Shown here: piece by piece, positions 41,518-50,192 of the stretch | Layout: every line of letters begins with the position of its first letter | How positions within the stretch are numbered: position 1 is the first letter of the stretch | Source: Bacteroidota bacterium | Lineage (GTDB): Bacteria > Bacteroidota > Bacteroidia > UBA7662 | DNA: 53,036 bases | Direction of reading: 5' to 3' | NCBI GenBank assembly: GCA_005799065.1 | Contig: SYHW01000025.1 | Span: 1 to 53,036, forward strand | The notes under the pieces: generated by a model | What the model was told of the DNA's origin: nothing | The model's input: the letters and a program-made list of their open reading frames with translations, nothing else | Databases searched by the model: none | Program-made: the position numbers and the translations under genes

Positions 41518-41562
41518 ATTAAGCAGTAATTTTTCTAGGATAATTCTTACTAAAATTTCCTT

Positions 41563-41601
41563 AAAACAAAGAGGCGCACCCGGGTGCGCCTCTTTTGTTT
41601 T
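41563..41601. terminator. Bidirectional intrinsic terminator
   Basis: Perfect 28-bp palindrome AAAGAGGCGCACCC|GGGTGCGCCTCTTT (41568-41595) with A- and T-rich flanks, between convergent genes. Confidence 0.9.
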
Positions 41602-41698
41602 GAAGTATTTGTTTTTATTCAATCTTCTGAGTTTGACTTATAATTTTCTTCGTTTGCTTAACAATAAAAGAGGATTACATTCATCGATTGAAAACAGA

Positions 41699-42526
41699 TC
41701 AAACCTCGGATGGGCCCATGACAGAGTTCATGATTTCTGTACTTACTCCCGTATTTGAGAATCCACCGTCGTGGAAAATATTCTGCATGGTAATCATTCG
41801 GGTTAAATCTGAAAACATGGCCACGCAGAAGTCGGCACATGAGTCAGCAGATGCATTTCCCAGGGGCGAGATTAAATCGGCATATCGGAAGAATTGATCA
41901 AAGCCCTTTACCCCAGATCCTGCTGTAGTGAAAGTGGGGCTTTGGGAAATGGTATTGATTCTGATTCCATGTGATTTACCGAGGTGATAGCCAAAACTTC
42001 GTCCAATTGACTCCAACAATGCTTTAGCATCTGCCATATCATTATAATCTGGAAAAACTCTCTGAGCTGCGATGTAGGACAACGCCAAAACCGATGCTCC
42101 CTTGGCCAGGGCATGGCAATCCATAGCGGCACGAAGGATCCGGTGAAAAGAAATTGCTGAGATATCGAGGCCCTTGTGGTAATAGTCGTAGTCGATTTCC
42201 GTGTAGTGCTTGCCCTTGCGTACATTGAGCGACATGCCGATAGAATGTAAAACAAAGTCGATCTGTCCGCCCAATATTTCTTGTGAGCGGGTAAACAGTA
42301 CCGATAAATCCTCCATGGAGGTCGCGTCAGCGCCGATGACCTCTGTTTCACACTTTTGTGCCAGTTCTTGGATTTTACCCATTCGAAGTGCCACAGGTGC
42401 ATTGGTGAGTGTAAACCGTGCTCCGGAAGCAAACGCTTTTTCGGCCACGTGCCAGGCAATTGAATCAGGATCCAATGCTCCAAAAATGATTCCTCTTTTA
42501 CCTTTAAGAAGTTGATGTGTGTTCAT
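41699..42526 (-). CDS. fabI: Enoyl-ACP reductase FabI
   Basis: LKGKRGIIFGA...SIAW, DFVLHSIG, YNDMADAK and HDGGF motifs. Confidence 0.92.
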   Translation of the reverse strand: MNTHQLLKGKRGIIFGALDPDSIAWHVAEKAFASGARFTLTNAPVALRMGKIQELAQKCETEVIGADATSMEDLSVLFTRSQEILGGQIDFVLHSIGMSLNVRKGKHYTEIDYDYYHKGLDISAISFHRILRAAMDCHALAKGASVLALSYIAAQRVFPDYNDMADAKALLESIGRSFGYHLGKSHGIRINTISQSPTFTTAGSGVKGFDQFFRYADLISPLGNASADSCADFCVAMFSDLTRMITMQNIFHDGGFSNTGVSTEIMNSVMGPSEV

Positions 42527-42531
42527 ATCAT

Positions 42532-44208
42532 TTAGTTTAAATAGAGTTTGATTAACGCTTCTGCTTGTTGGCGCGCAGGTTCGCCCGCTTCAGTACCTGC
42601 CATCATACCAGCCAGAACATGAATACGCGCCTCGGTATCCAGGTCTTCGATTACGGAGATCGTTTGATTGCTTGTACTGGATTTTGAGACTTTAAAATGC
42701 CGGTTGGCGGCTGCAGCAATTTGTGGCAAGTGTGTGATGAGAACAATCTGCTGCCGACTGTCTGCCATCTGCTTTAAAAGCCGGCCAATGCCTAATGCTG
42801 TTTGACCGGAAATACCGGTGTCTATTTCGTCGAATACCACGGCAGATGAATCGTTTTGCGGCCTGCAAGCGGTGCGCAGGCACAGGGTGAGCCGCGATAG
42901 TTCTCCACCACTTGCTACCTTTTGTAGCGAAGCCGGTATTTGACCAGGGTTGGCAGTGAACTTAAATTCGACCTGATTGTAGCCAGACGTATCGCCCAAT
43001 AAATCATCCGAACGCTGCATCACCACTTCGAAACGGGCGTTTGTGAAGCCAGAAGAAGGCATAAGATGCTGCATGGCCTGTTCGAGTAGAGGCAGGGCCT
43101 CCGCCCTTTGTTGGTCTAGACTTTGGGCCAATTTCGTGGCCGCCTCCGAGTGCTGATTCGATTTTTCTTTCAACTCCTCCAATGCCTCTAGGTCTTGATT
43201 TGCTAAAACAGAGCTTTGCTCCATCTCCTTAGATTTTTCGATTAATTCAGCTAAGTCTCTGGCTTGATGCTTCAGCAGCAGTTGGTTGATTTTATCGATT
43301 CGGTCCAAAATCGGCTGAGGATCTTCACCTTCAGATGAGAATGAATCCGACCACCTGCCGGCGAGCAAGACCGCTTCTTTCAATGCAGCCACTGCCTGTT
43401 CGTAGTACTCATAGATTTCCTTGCCCTCTTCGCTGAGTTCATAAAAAGGACGAATTTGCCTCTGGAGCAGATTTGTTCGATTAATCAGTCCTTGTTCATG
43501 TCCATCCAGCTCCCATATGGCTTGTTGAAGCGCTTCTTGGATGTTTTTTGATTGTTCAAATAAGCGATGCTGCAATTCAAGTTCAGCCAATTCGCCAGGG
43601 CCTTTTATGCCTATCGACTGAATTTCATCGAGATAGAAATGGTTCAACGCATGATCTCGATGCATTTTGGAAATTTTTTCTTCCAGATCCTTGAGTCTCC
43701 GCTCAGTCCTTTGCCAATCAGCATAGGCGCGCTTATATTGGAGCGCTAATTCGCGACATTGAGCAAATTCATCCAGGTATTCCAGGTGAATGCGGGCAGA
43801 TTTTAATTCGCGGGCATCGTGCTGACCGCAAATATCGATGAGCCAATAACTGATGTCGCGGAGTTGCGTTAATGAGGCCGGCGTGTCCTGGATGAAACAT
43901 CTGCTGCGTGCAGGTGCACTCAATTCGCGCCTCAGTATGATTAAATCAGCGCGCTCAAACCCCTGTTCGTGGAGCCATTCACCGAGATCGGGATCATCAT
44001 TCACAAATTCAGCCTCAATCACACATTTATGATCCGGATCTAGAACAGGTTGGCCATCGTAGCGTTCACCCATCAACAAACCCAATGCCCCCAAAACCAG
44101 TGACTTACCGGCACCGGTTTCGCCAGTAATCACATGCAAACCCGAGCTGAAGTGAATGTCATGGGCGCGAATGATGCCAAAGTTGCGTATGCTGAGGGTT
44201 TTGATCAT
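42532..44208 (-). CDS. recN: DNA repair protein RecN
   Basis: Walker A GETGAGKS, coiled coil, ASGGELSR, FDEIDTG and ITHLPQIAA motifs. Confidence 0.95.
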   Translation of the reverse strand: MIKTLSIRNFGIIRAHDIHFSSGLHVITGETGAGKSLVLGALGLLMGERYDGQPVLDPDHKCVIEAEFVNDDPDLGEWLHEQGFERADLIILRRELSAPARSRCFIQDTPASLTQLRDISYWLIDICGQHDARELKSARIHLEYLDEFAQCRELALQYKRAYADWQRTERRLKDLEEKISKMHRDHALNHFYLDEIQSIGIKGPGELAELELQHRLFEQSKNIQEALQQAIWELDGHEQGLINRTNLLQRQIRPFYELSEEGKEIYEYYEQAVAALKEAVLLAGRWSDSFSSEGEDPQPILDRIDKINQLLLKHQARDLAELIEKSKEMEQSSVLANQDLEALEELKEKSNQHSEAATKLAQSLDQQRAEALPLLEQAMQHLMPSSGFTNARFEVVMQRSDDLLGDTSGYNQVEFKFTANPGQIPASLQKVASGGELSRLTLCLRTACRPQNDSSAVVFDEIDTGISGQTALGIGRLLKQMADSRQQIVLITHLPQIAAAANRHFKVSKSSTSNQTISVIEDLDTEARIHVLAGMMAGTEAGEPARQQAEALIKLYLN

Positions 44209-44259
44209 GCCTAATGAGGGCGCATTTGCCAGCGCAACAATACGAATGAGAATTGTAAC

Positions 44260-45180
44260 TTATTGATTGATTTTTTGATACTCTTGAGCGTTGAGGGGAT
44301 CCATTTCGGTTAAGAAGTTCAAAACCTTGGCCTTTTCAGCAGGCGTTGCAGGCTGGTAGATTCCTACAATTTCATTCACTTTTCCTTTCAAGAAAAGAGG
44401 CAAGATCACAGAGCCCGGTTTTGACTTGTAGAGTTGGTGAAGTTTTTCAATCGCTTCCGTTGTTTTCATGCGGGCTTGGAACATATTGTCTGGCTTACTC
44501 ATCACATCGAGACCTTGCCGGTGGTAGGTGTATAAAAACTCACGGAAGTTTCGATAACTGCTGTTGGTGAGGTTCTCGTTGAGCCAATACCGATTGCGGA
44601 GGCTTTGGCTTTGCCTCCAACCCATTTCCTGCGCATTCTGGGCATTGTTCACAATTTGCTTCGCTTTTTGATGAAATTCTTGTCCGCCCATCAGCCCAAA
44701 AGTGTCATAATCAAGGCCAAGAACCGTATAGACATAAAAGGCAAGCATGCTTGTGAGGTTGCTTTGGTGCATATTGATGTCGAATTCCAGGGGCTGAAAT
44801 TCGGTGTACTCAAAAATCCAGTCGGGATCTGTATAATTGAGCATTACCGTCGTATATCCCGAGTTAAAAACAGGTCGGTTGCTCTGAATTTGAACGGTAG
44901 CCTTAAACTGATTAACGCTCAGCCGTTCATCGAGTACAATATTCATGCTGAATGAAATCCTTTCCTGGAATTGATAGGTGTCACTAGTCCACTTCCGGTT
45001 GTTCACAAATTCATTGATGGCTGCCTGCATCGACTGATACAACTGCTGATCGGCACCGCCCAGTTTGTTGGCATTCACCATAATTTGGCAGAAAACTTCC
45101 TGGGCTTGTGAAACCCGGGGAAGCCCGGCTAAAACAAACATCAGGCAGAGGAAAAAGGGCCTTATGAGTGGAGATAACAT
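44260..45180 (-). CDS. DUF4835 family protein (T9SS-associated PorD-like)
   Basis: Signal peptide AQE; EFVNNRKW, RPVFNS.Y, NLTSMLAFY, GLDYDTF, NRYWL and YHRQGLD motifs; lies between coaBC and recN. Confidence 0.85.
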   Translation of the reverse strand: MLSPLIRPFFLCLMFVLAGLPRVSQAQEVFCQIMVNANKLGGADQQLYQSMQAAINEFVNNRKWTSDTYQFQERISFSMNIVLDERLSVNQFKATVQIQSNRPVFNSGYTTVMLNYTDPDWIFEYTEFQPLEFDINMHQSNLTSMLAFYVYTVLGLDYDTFGLMGGQEFHQKAKQIVNNAQNAQEMGWRQSQSLRNRYWLNENLTNSSYRNFREFLYTYHRQGLDVMSKPDNMFQARMKTTEAIEKLHQLYKSKPGSVILPLFLKGKVNEIVGIYQPATPAEKAKVLNFLTEMDPLNAQEYQKINQ

Positions 45181-46397
45181 CTTGTAATGTGTTGAATAAT
45201 TTGGCGGGCAATCTCTATTTTCGGGGCCAACGGAAGCTCGGTATTTCCCTGGTCTGAGAGTAGGGTAACTTGATTGGTGTCCAAACCAAAGCCAGCACCT
45301 GGGTCATTTAAATGGTTTAAAATCAACAGATCACATTGCTTGGTTGATTTTTTACGCGCTGCTTCCGCTAATCCGTCTTCCGTTTCCAGGGCAAATCCAA
45401 CCAAAAATTGATCGGCACGTTTATTCCGTCCGATTTCGGCGAGGATATCCGGATTGGCGACCAAGGCAATCGGGGAAACCCCATCTTGCTTTTTGATCTT
45501 CCCATCTGCTTTATAGGCCGGCCTAAAATCGGCAACAGCAGCACAGAAAATCCCCACATTAAATTGGTCCTGATATTTTTCGACGGCGTGATGCATCTCT
45601 AAGGCGCTTTCGACCGCAACAAACGACTGCAGTCCTTGTGGTGGGCTTAATGAAACAGGACCAGAGATGAGAATGACCTCTGCGCCTTGTTCGAGGAAAG
45701 CCTGGGCCAGCGCATAACCCATTTTGCCTGAGCTGTGGTTGCTGATGTAGCGAACATCATCGATCGCTTCTCGGGTGGGTCCGGCCGTTATGAGAACCTT
45801 CTTACCACGCCAAGTGTCCGAAACTGGGGGTCTAGCCTGATCATTGGTGGACAACCACCATTGCTCTATGGCGTCTACGATTTCTTTGGGTTCACTCATT
45901 CGCCCAACGCCCGATAGTCCGCTCGCAAGGGCACCGCTGGCCGGGCCGAGCATCCTGTGGTTTGGCCTCGACATGAGTTCATTTACATTTCGCGACGTCG
46001 CAGGATGTTTCCACATATCCAAATCCATGGCCGGAGCAAACCAAACCGGACAACGTGCCGATAAATAAACAGCCATGAGCAAATTGTCGCATAAGCCCCC
46101 GGCCATCTTCGCCAAGGTGTGGGCACTGCATGGAGCGATCAGCATGAGATCGGCCCACAAGCCCAGCGCTACATGGTTCACCCATTCGCCTTGGACTGAT
46201 CGAACAAACTCGGTGTATACAGGCCGTTCAGAAAGCGTAGCTAAAGTAAGGGGGGTCACAAAGCCCAATGCATCGGTCGAACACACCACTTGAACCTCAG
46301 CGCCCTTACTTTTAAGCTGCCGAATAATCCAAGTCGCTTTGTAGGCAGCAATACTGCCCGTTATGCCCAACAGTATTTTCCGCCCTGCCCAATCCAT
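45162..46397 (-). CDS. coaBC: Bifunctional PPC decarboxylase / PPC synthetase
   Basis: GITGSIAAYK, NHVAL, APAMD, TAGPTREAIDDVRYISNHSSGKMG, AAVADF and VGFALET motifs. Confidence 0.95.
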   Translation of the reverse strand: MDWAGRKILLGITGSIAAYKATWIIRQLKSKGAEVQVVCSTDALGFVTPLTLATLSERPVYTEFVRSVQGEWVNHVALGLWADLMLIAPCSAHTLAKMAGGLCDNLLMAVYLSARCPVWFAPAMDLDMWKHPATSRNVNELMSRPNHRMLGPASGALASGLSGVGRMSEPKEIVDAIEQWWLSTNDQARPPVSDTWRGKKVLITAGPTREAIDDVRYISNHSSGKMGYALAQAFLEQGAEVILISGPVSLSPPQGLQSFVAVESALEMHHAVEKYQDQFNVGIFCAAVADFRPAYKADGKIKKQDGVSPIALVANPDILAEIGRNKRADQFLVGFALETEDGLAEAARKKSTKQCDLLILNHLNDPGAGFGLDTNQVTLLSDQGNTELPLAPKIEIARQIIQHITRCYLHS

Positions 46398-46400
46398 ACT

Positions 46401-46724
46401 TTAATAGCCTCTTTTCTCGCGCTCAGGATTTCGGTGGAAGAGCTTTCCCTGTTCAAACTCATCGAGTGCTTGAAGGGTAGGCTTGGGCATGCGCTCGTAT
46501 TGGCGCGATAATTCGATCTGCTCCTTGTTTTCATACACTTCCTCCAGACTGTCTACAGGGGGTGTGAACTCGGCTAGCTTTTCGGTTAACTCCTCTTTGA
46601 TTTTGGAGGCAACCTGGTTGCTGCGCTTGCTCAAAATTGCGACCGATTCATAGATGTTGCCGGTTGGTTCATTGAGCGCTTTGATGTCGCGGGTTTCGGT
46701 GGTGTTACTGGCCATGATATACAT
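46401..46724 (-). CDS. rpoZ: RNA polymerase omega subunit (Bacteroidota type)
   Basis: TGNIYESVAILSKRSNQ, EVYENKEQIELSRQYERMPKPT; lies between bamD and coaBC. Alternative start at 46715. Confidence 0.9.
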   Translation of the reverse strand: MYIMASNTTETRDIKALNEPTGNIYESVAILSKRSNQVASKIKEELTEKLAEFTPPVDSLEEVYENKEQIELSRQYERMPKPTLQALDEFEQGKLFHRNPEREKRGY

Positions 46725-46744
46725 ATTAAAGTTGAAGGTATGAT

Positions 46745-47590
46745 TTAATTAGAGGCTGTGGTATTGAGTCTCGATTGCAGGGCAACAATCTCTCGGGTCA
46801 TTTTTTCGACGGATTTGATGTATTTGCTTTCGGGAAACTCCTCTTTCAATTGATCGGCCGCTTGGAGCGTGGCCGTACAACGCTCAGCTTGTTTGGTCTG
46901 AATGCTGTTTACAGAAAGTTTGTGATATGAATCGGCCAGCAAGTAAAGCAAATACTCTCGCTGAGCAATGTCAGGAAAATCCGTTAAAGTTCGTTTCAAC
47001 AAGGCAGTGGCCGCCCTGTGGTCTTCCATCTGATAAAAAAGCATAGCGCGATCCAGTGCCTTTTTTTCCAGTTTATCGCGCAGCAGGTCCATGAACCGAT
47101 GGCAATCCGCAATATGGGCGCTTTTGGGGTATTTGTTGATGTATAGTTGTAGGCCTTCAATAGCCGATTCCGTGTTTTTTTGATCGAGTCCATACTCCGG
47201 AGAATTCAGGTATAAGCAGTAGGCATGCATGAACGCAGCTTCTTCACCCCGCGAACTTCCCGCGTAACTCGTTGCCAGCTGTTGAAATTGAAATGAGGCG
47301 AGTTCATAGCCTCTTTCGTGGTAGGAGGTATAAGCACTCATGAATTGAAGTTCACCCGCCACTTCCGATCCTCTGAATAGGGTGTTCAGTTCCTCCAGCA
47401 GGGGTTGTGCCCGATAATAATCGCCCCGGTGGTAGTATTCGCGTGCTTTACTCAACTTTAGCGGTATGTCGTTGCTCTTCAACAAACGCGAGTAGGAATC
47501 ACAAGAAGTCGATAACATTACAATACACCCTGATGCACAGAACATTATCATGCGCAAATGGGAGGGCTTTAATGTCAGTTTGGATCGCAT
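46745..47590 (-). CDS. bamD: Outer membrane assembly lipoprotein BamD
   Basis: Lipobox STSC; YSRLLKS; TPRs; SPEYGLDQ..T..AI..LQ.YINKYP; KLEKK. Confidence 0.9.
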   Translation of the reverse strand: MRSKLTLKPSHLRMIMFCASGCIVMLSTSCDSYSRLLKSNDIPLKLSKAREYYHRGDYYRAQPLLEELNTLFRGSEVAGELQFMSAYTSYHERGYELASFQFQQLATSYAGSSRGEEAAFMHAYCLYLNSPEYGLDQKNTESAIEGLQLYINKYPKSAHIADCHRFMDLLRDKLEKKALDRAMLFYQMEDHRAATALLKRTLTDFPDIAQREYLLYLLADSYHKLSVNSIQTKQAERCTATLQAADQLKEEFPESKYIKSVEKMTREIVALQSRLNTTASN

Positions 47591-47628
47591 CGATAAGATT
47601 GGGCTTGGCCTTTAAGGCGCATAACCTG

Positions 47629-47716
47629 CAAAAATACGGAAAAAAGGGCACATTATTATGAGAAAGAGCGTGCATCAATGAAGCACTTGTTTTGATGCAC
47701 AGATGTTCTAATTTTG
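47629..47716. promoter_or_regulatory. Divergent promoter region: -7 boxes at 47629-47636 (minus) and 47709-47716 (plus), with inverted repeat GTGCATCAA-N13-TTGATGCAC (47670-47700)
   Basis: Two exact TAnnTTTG matches and a perfect 9-bp-arm inverted repeat between them. Confidence 0.65.
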
Positions 47717-47735
47717 TGCCGTTAAAACACATACC

Positions 47736-48989
47736 GTGGATCTTCTTGAAAAACTAAAAAACAGGCGTGGACCTTTGGGCATGCACGCAAAGGAGGCAGA
47801 GGGATATTATATGTTCCCCAAATTAGAGGGTGAGATCGCGGCCACCATGAGATTCCGTGGCCAAGACCGCTTGGTTTGGAGCTTGAATAATTACCTTGGT
47901 TTGGCCAATCACCCCGAGGTGCGTGCCGTTGATGCCGAAGCAGCAGCGCAGTTTGGAATGGCCTATCCGATGGGTGCCCGAATGATGTCAGGCAATTCAA
48001 ACGCCCACGAGCAACTCGAACAGGAATTGGCTGAGTTTGTGGGCAAGCCCGCCGGATTATTGGTCAATTATGGCTATCAGGGCATAGTTTCAGCCATCGA
48101 TGCCCTGCTCGATCGCCACGATATTGTGATCTATGATGCAGAGTCACACGCTTGTATTGTAGATGGCGTTCGACTCCATCAGGGTCAGCGCTATATGTTT
48201 CGGCACAACGATATGGGTAGTTTGGAAACCCAATTGAAGCGGGCCGTTAAGCGCATCGAGGAACAGGGTAATTTGGGGGGAATTTTGGTGATTACCGAAG
48301 GAGTTTTTGGGATGACCGGCGTACAGGGCGACCTCAAAGGCGTTGTGGCATTGAAGTCGCGCTATTCATTCAGGTTGTTGGTCGACGATGCGCACGGTTT
48401 CGGAACAATGGGAGCCCATGGGGGAGGAACTGCCCAGGAACAGAACGTAACAGAGGGGGTAGATCTATACTTCAGCACTTTTGCTAAGTCTATGGCCAGT
48501 ATCGGTGCGTTTTTTGCCTCAGATGCTGACACGCTGGCTTTTCTGAAGTACAATATGCGTTCACAGATTTTCGCCAAATCGTTGCCTATGCCTCTGGTAT
48601 TGGGAGCGCTTAAGCGGCTGGATCTGATTCGCAAGCACCCAGAGTACAAAGAGAAATTATGGACCATCGTTCATGCTTTGCAGGATGGATTAAAAGCGAG
48701 AGGATTCTCCATCGGCATCACCAGCAGCCCAGTGACCCCAGTTATGTTGAATGGAAGCCTGGGCGAAGCCACTTCCTTGGTGGTTGACTTGCGTGAGCAT
48801 TATGGAATATTTTGCTCAGTGGTGGTTTATCCAGTTGTGCCTAAAGGGGTTATACTTCTTCGTTTGATTCCAACGGCTGCCCACAGCCTCAGTGATGTAG
48901 AACGCACACTGAATGCATTTAGTGAAGTCGCCCAGAAGCTAAAGGAAGGCCAGTATGCAGCCGAAGGCGTTGTGGATATGAAATCTTGA
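47736..48989 (+). CDS. PLP-dependent alpha-oxoamine synthase; probable cysteate acyltransferase for sulfonolipid (capnine) synthesis, SulA/CapB type
   Basis: GYYMFPKLEG, WSLNNYLGL, PMGARMMSG, HACIVDG, EGVFGM, DDAHG, STFAKS (PLP lysine) and RSQIFAKSLP. Family is certain; substrate is inferred. Confidence 0.75.
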   Translation: MDLLEKLKNRRGPLGMHAKEAEGYYMFPKLEGEIAATMRFRGQDRLVWSLNNYLGLANHPEVRAVDAEAAAQFGMAYPMGARMMSGNSNAHEQLEQELAEFVGKPAGLLVNYGYQGIVSAIDALLDRHDIVIYDAESHACIVDGVRLHQGQRYMFRHNDMGSLETQLKRAVKRIEEQGNLGGILVITEGVFGMTGVQGDLKGVVALKSRYSFRLLVDDAHGFGTMGAHGGGTAQEQNVTEGVDLYFSTFAKSMASIGAFFASDADTLAFLKYNMRSQIFAKSLPMPLVLGALKRLDLIRKHPEYKEKLWTIVHALQDGLKARGFSIGITSSPVTPVMLNGSLGEATSLVVDLREHYGIFCSVVVYPVVPKGVILLRLIPTAAHSLSDVERTLNAFSEVAQKLKEGQYAAEGVVDMKS

Positions 48990-49029
48990 AAAAAAATCCG
49001 CAAAAGTTTTTGAAATCTCAATAATCTCC

Positions 49030-49037
49030 TATTTTTG
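49030..49037 (+). promoter_or_regulatory. -7 promoter element (TATTTTTG) for the histone-like gene
   Basis: Exact TAnnTTTG match 40 nt upstream of ATG 49078; TTTG at 49009-49012. Confidence 0.6.
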
Positions 49038-49077
49038 ACCAGTCATTCAATCCATTTTTCACTTTAAAACCCCATTT

Positions 49078-49254
49078 ATGAATCAATTTGAAACCGTTAA
49101 AAACATGCTTATGTCGATGGAAGCAGACTTCGTGAAGTTCTACGACAAAGGAAACAGTGCAGCCGGAACACGTGTACGCAAAGGTCTTCAAGACCTCAAA
49201 GTGAAATGTCAGGAACTTCGTTTGGAAATCCAAAACATGAAGAATAACGACTAA
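49078..49254 (+). CDS. Small histone H1-like / Hc1-family protein (58 aa)
   Basis: Manual translation: MNQFETVKNMLMSMEADFVKFYDKGNSAAGTRVRKGLQDLKVKCQELRLEIQNMKNND*. GN.AAGTR.RK signature; has its own promoter and terminator; below the track's length cutoff. Confidence 0.9.
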   Translation: MNQFETVKNMLMSMEADFVKFYDKGNSAAGTRVRKGLQDLKVKCQELRLEIQNMKNND

Positions 49255-49273
49255 TCACCGTCAAAACCATAAG

Positions 49274-49301
49274 AAGCCCCGCCCGTCGGGGCTTTTTTTT
49301 T
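49274..49301 (+). terminator. Intrinsic terminator
   Basis: AAGCCCCG-cccgt-CGGGGCTT followed by a run of T. Confidence 0.9.
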
Positions 49302-49326
49302 GCATCCAAGACCCCCACCTATTGAG

Positions 49327-49334
49327 TATATTTG
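49327..49334 (+). promoter_or_regulatory. -7 promoter element (TATATTTG) for tatC-rpiB-M28-LUD
   Basis: Exact TAnnTTTG match directly after the terminator; overlaps the track's TTG start. Confidence 0.6.
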
Positions 49335-49352
49335 TGGATATTTCCCTGTCCA

Positions 49353-50192
49353 GTGGCGTATTCCGATCAGTTTGAGGCGCAAGAAAAGCGCATGTCTTTT
49401 TTCGACCACTTAGAGGAGCTCAGAAAACACCTGATCCGATCGGTGGTTGCGGTGTTGGCCCTCTCTATCTGGGCATTTGTGCGACGAGACATCATTTTTG
49501 ATCAAATTCTTTTGGCCCCTAAATCATCCGATTTTATAACATATCGAACGATGTGTGCCTTGTCGCGCCGCTTTGAGTGGTTAAAAGGACTTTGTGTGGA
49601 ACAAGTCGATTTCACGCTCACCAATATTCACATCACAGGACAATTTATGCAGCACATGACCATTTCGTTCGTAGCAGGAATTGTTTTGGCATTTCCTTAT
49701 TTGGTATACGAATTGTGGCGCTTTGTGAAGCCTGCACTGTATCCGGGTGAACGAAGTTCGATGAGCGGACTCGTTGTGGCCATGGCCGGCCTTTTCATTC
49801 TGGGCATCTCCTTCGGTTATTTTTTGTTGGCACCCATCAGCATTCTTTTCTTGGGCAGTTACCAGGTCAGTGCGGAGGTGGCCAATACCATTACCCTACA
49901 GTCCTATGCCGGAATGCTCAGCACTCTTGTTCTCGCATCGGGCCTCATTTTCGAGTTACCCGTACTGGCATGGTTTCTGGCTAAGGCTGGAATTTTAACT
50001 TCCGATTGGCTGCGAAGCAACCGCAGAATAGCTGTGGTCGTGAATATGATCGTCGCGGCGGTCATCACCCCTTCCGATGTCGGTAGTATGATCTTAATGA
50101 GTTTTCCTCTTCTTTTGCTTTATGAAGTGAGTATTGCTGTTGTTTCAAGGGCTGAACGCCGGAGAAAAGACAGTTCATTAACAGAATATTGA
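49353..50192 (+). CDS. tatC: Twin-arginine translocase subunit TatC
   Basis: MSFFDHLEELRKHL, YELWRFVKPALY, FELP, AAVITP.D and PLLLLYE motifs. Start is GTG 49353 or ATG 49392. Confidence 0.94.
   Translation: MAYSDQFEAQEKRMSFFDHLEELRKHLIRSVVAVLALSIWAFVRRDIIFDQILLAPKSSDFITYRTMCALSRRFEWLKGLCVEQVDFTLTNIHITGQFMQHMTISFVAGIVLAFPYLVYELWRFVKPALYPGERSSMSGLVVAMAGLFILGISFGYFLLAPISILFLGSYQVSAEVANTITLQSYAGMLSTLVLASGLIFELPVLAWFLAKAGILTSDWLRSNRRIAVVVNMIVAAVITPSDVGSMILMSFPLLLLYEVSIAVVSRAERRRKDSSLTEY

Noticed and set aside
41568-41595. Perfect 28-bp palindrome as a mobile-element end or REP
   Set aside because: Single copy in the window, between convergent genes with A/T tails; a bidirectional terminator explains it.
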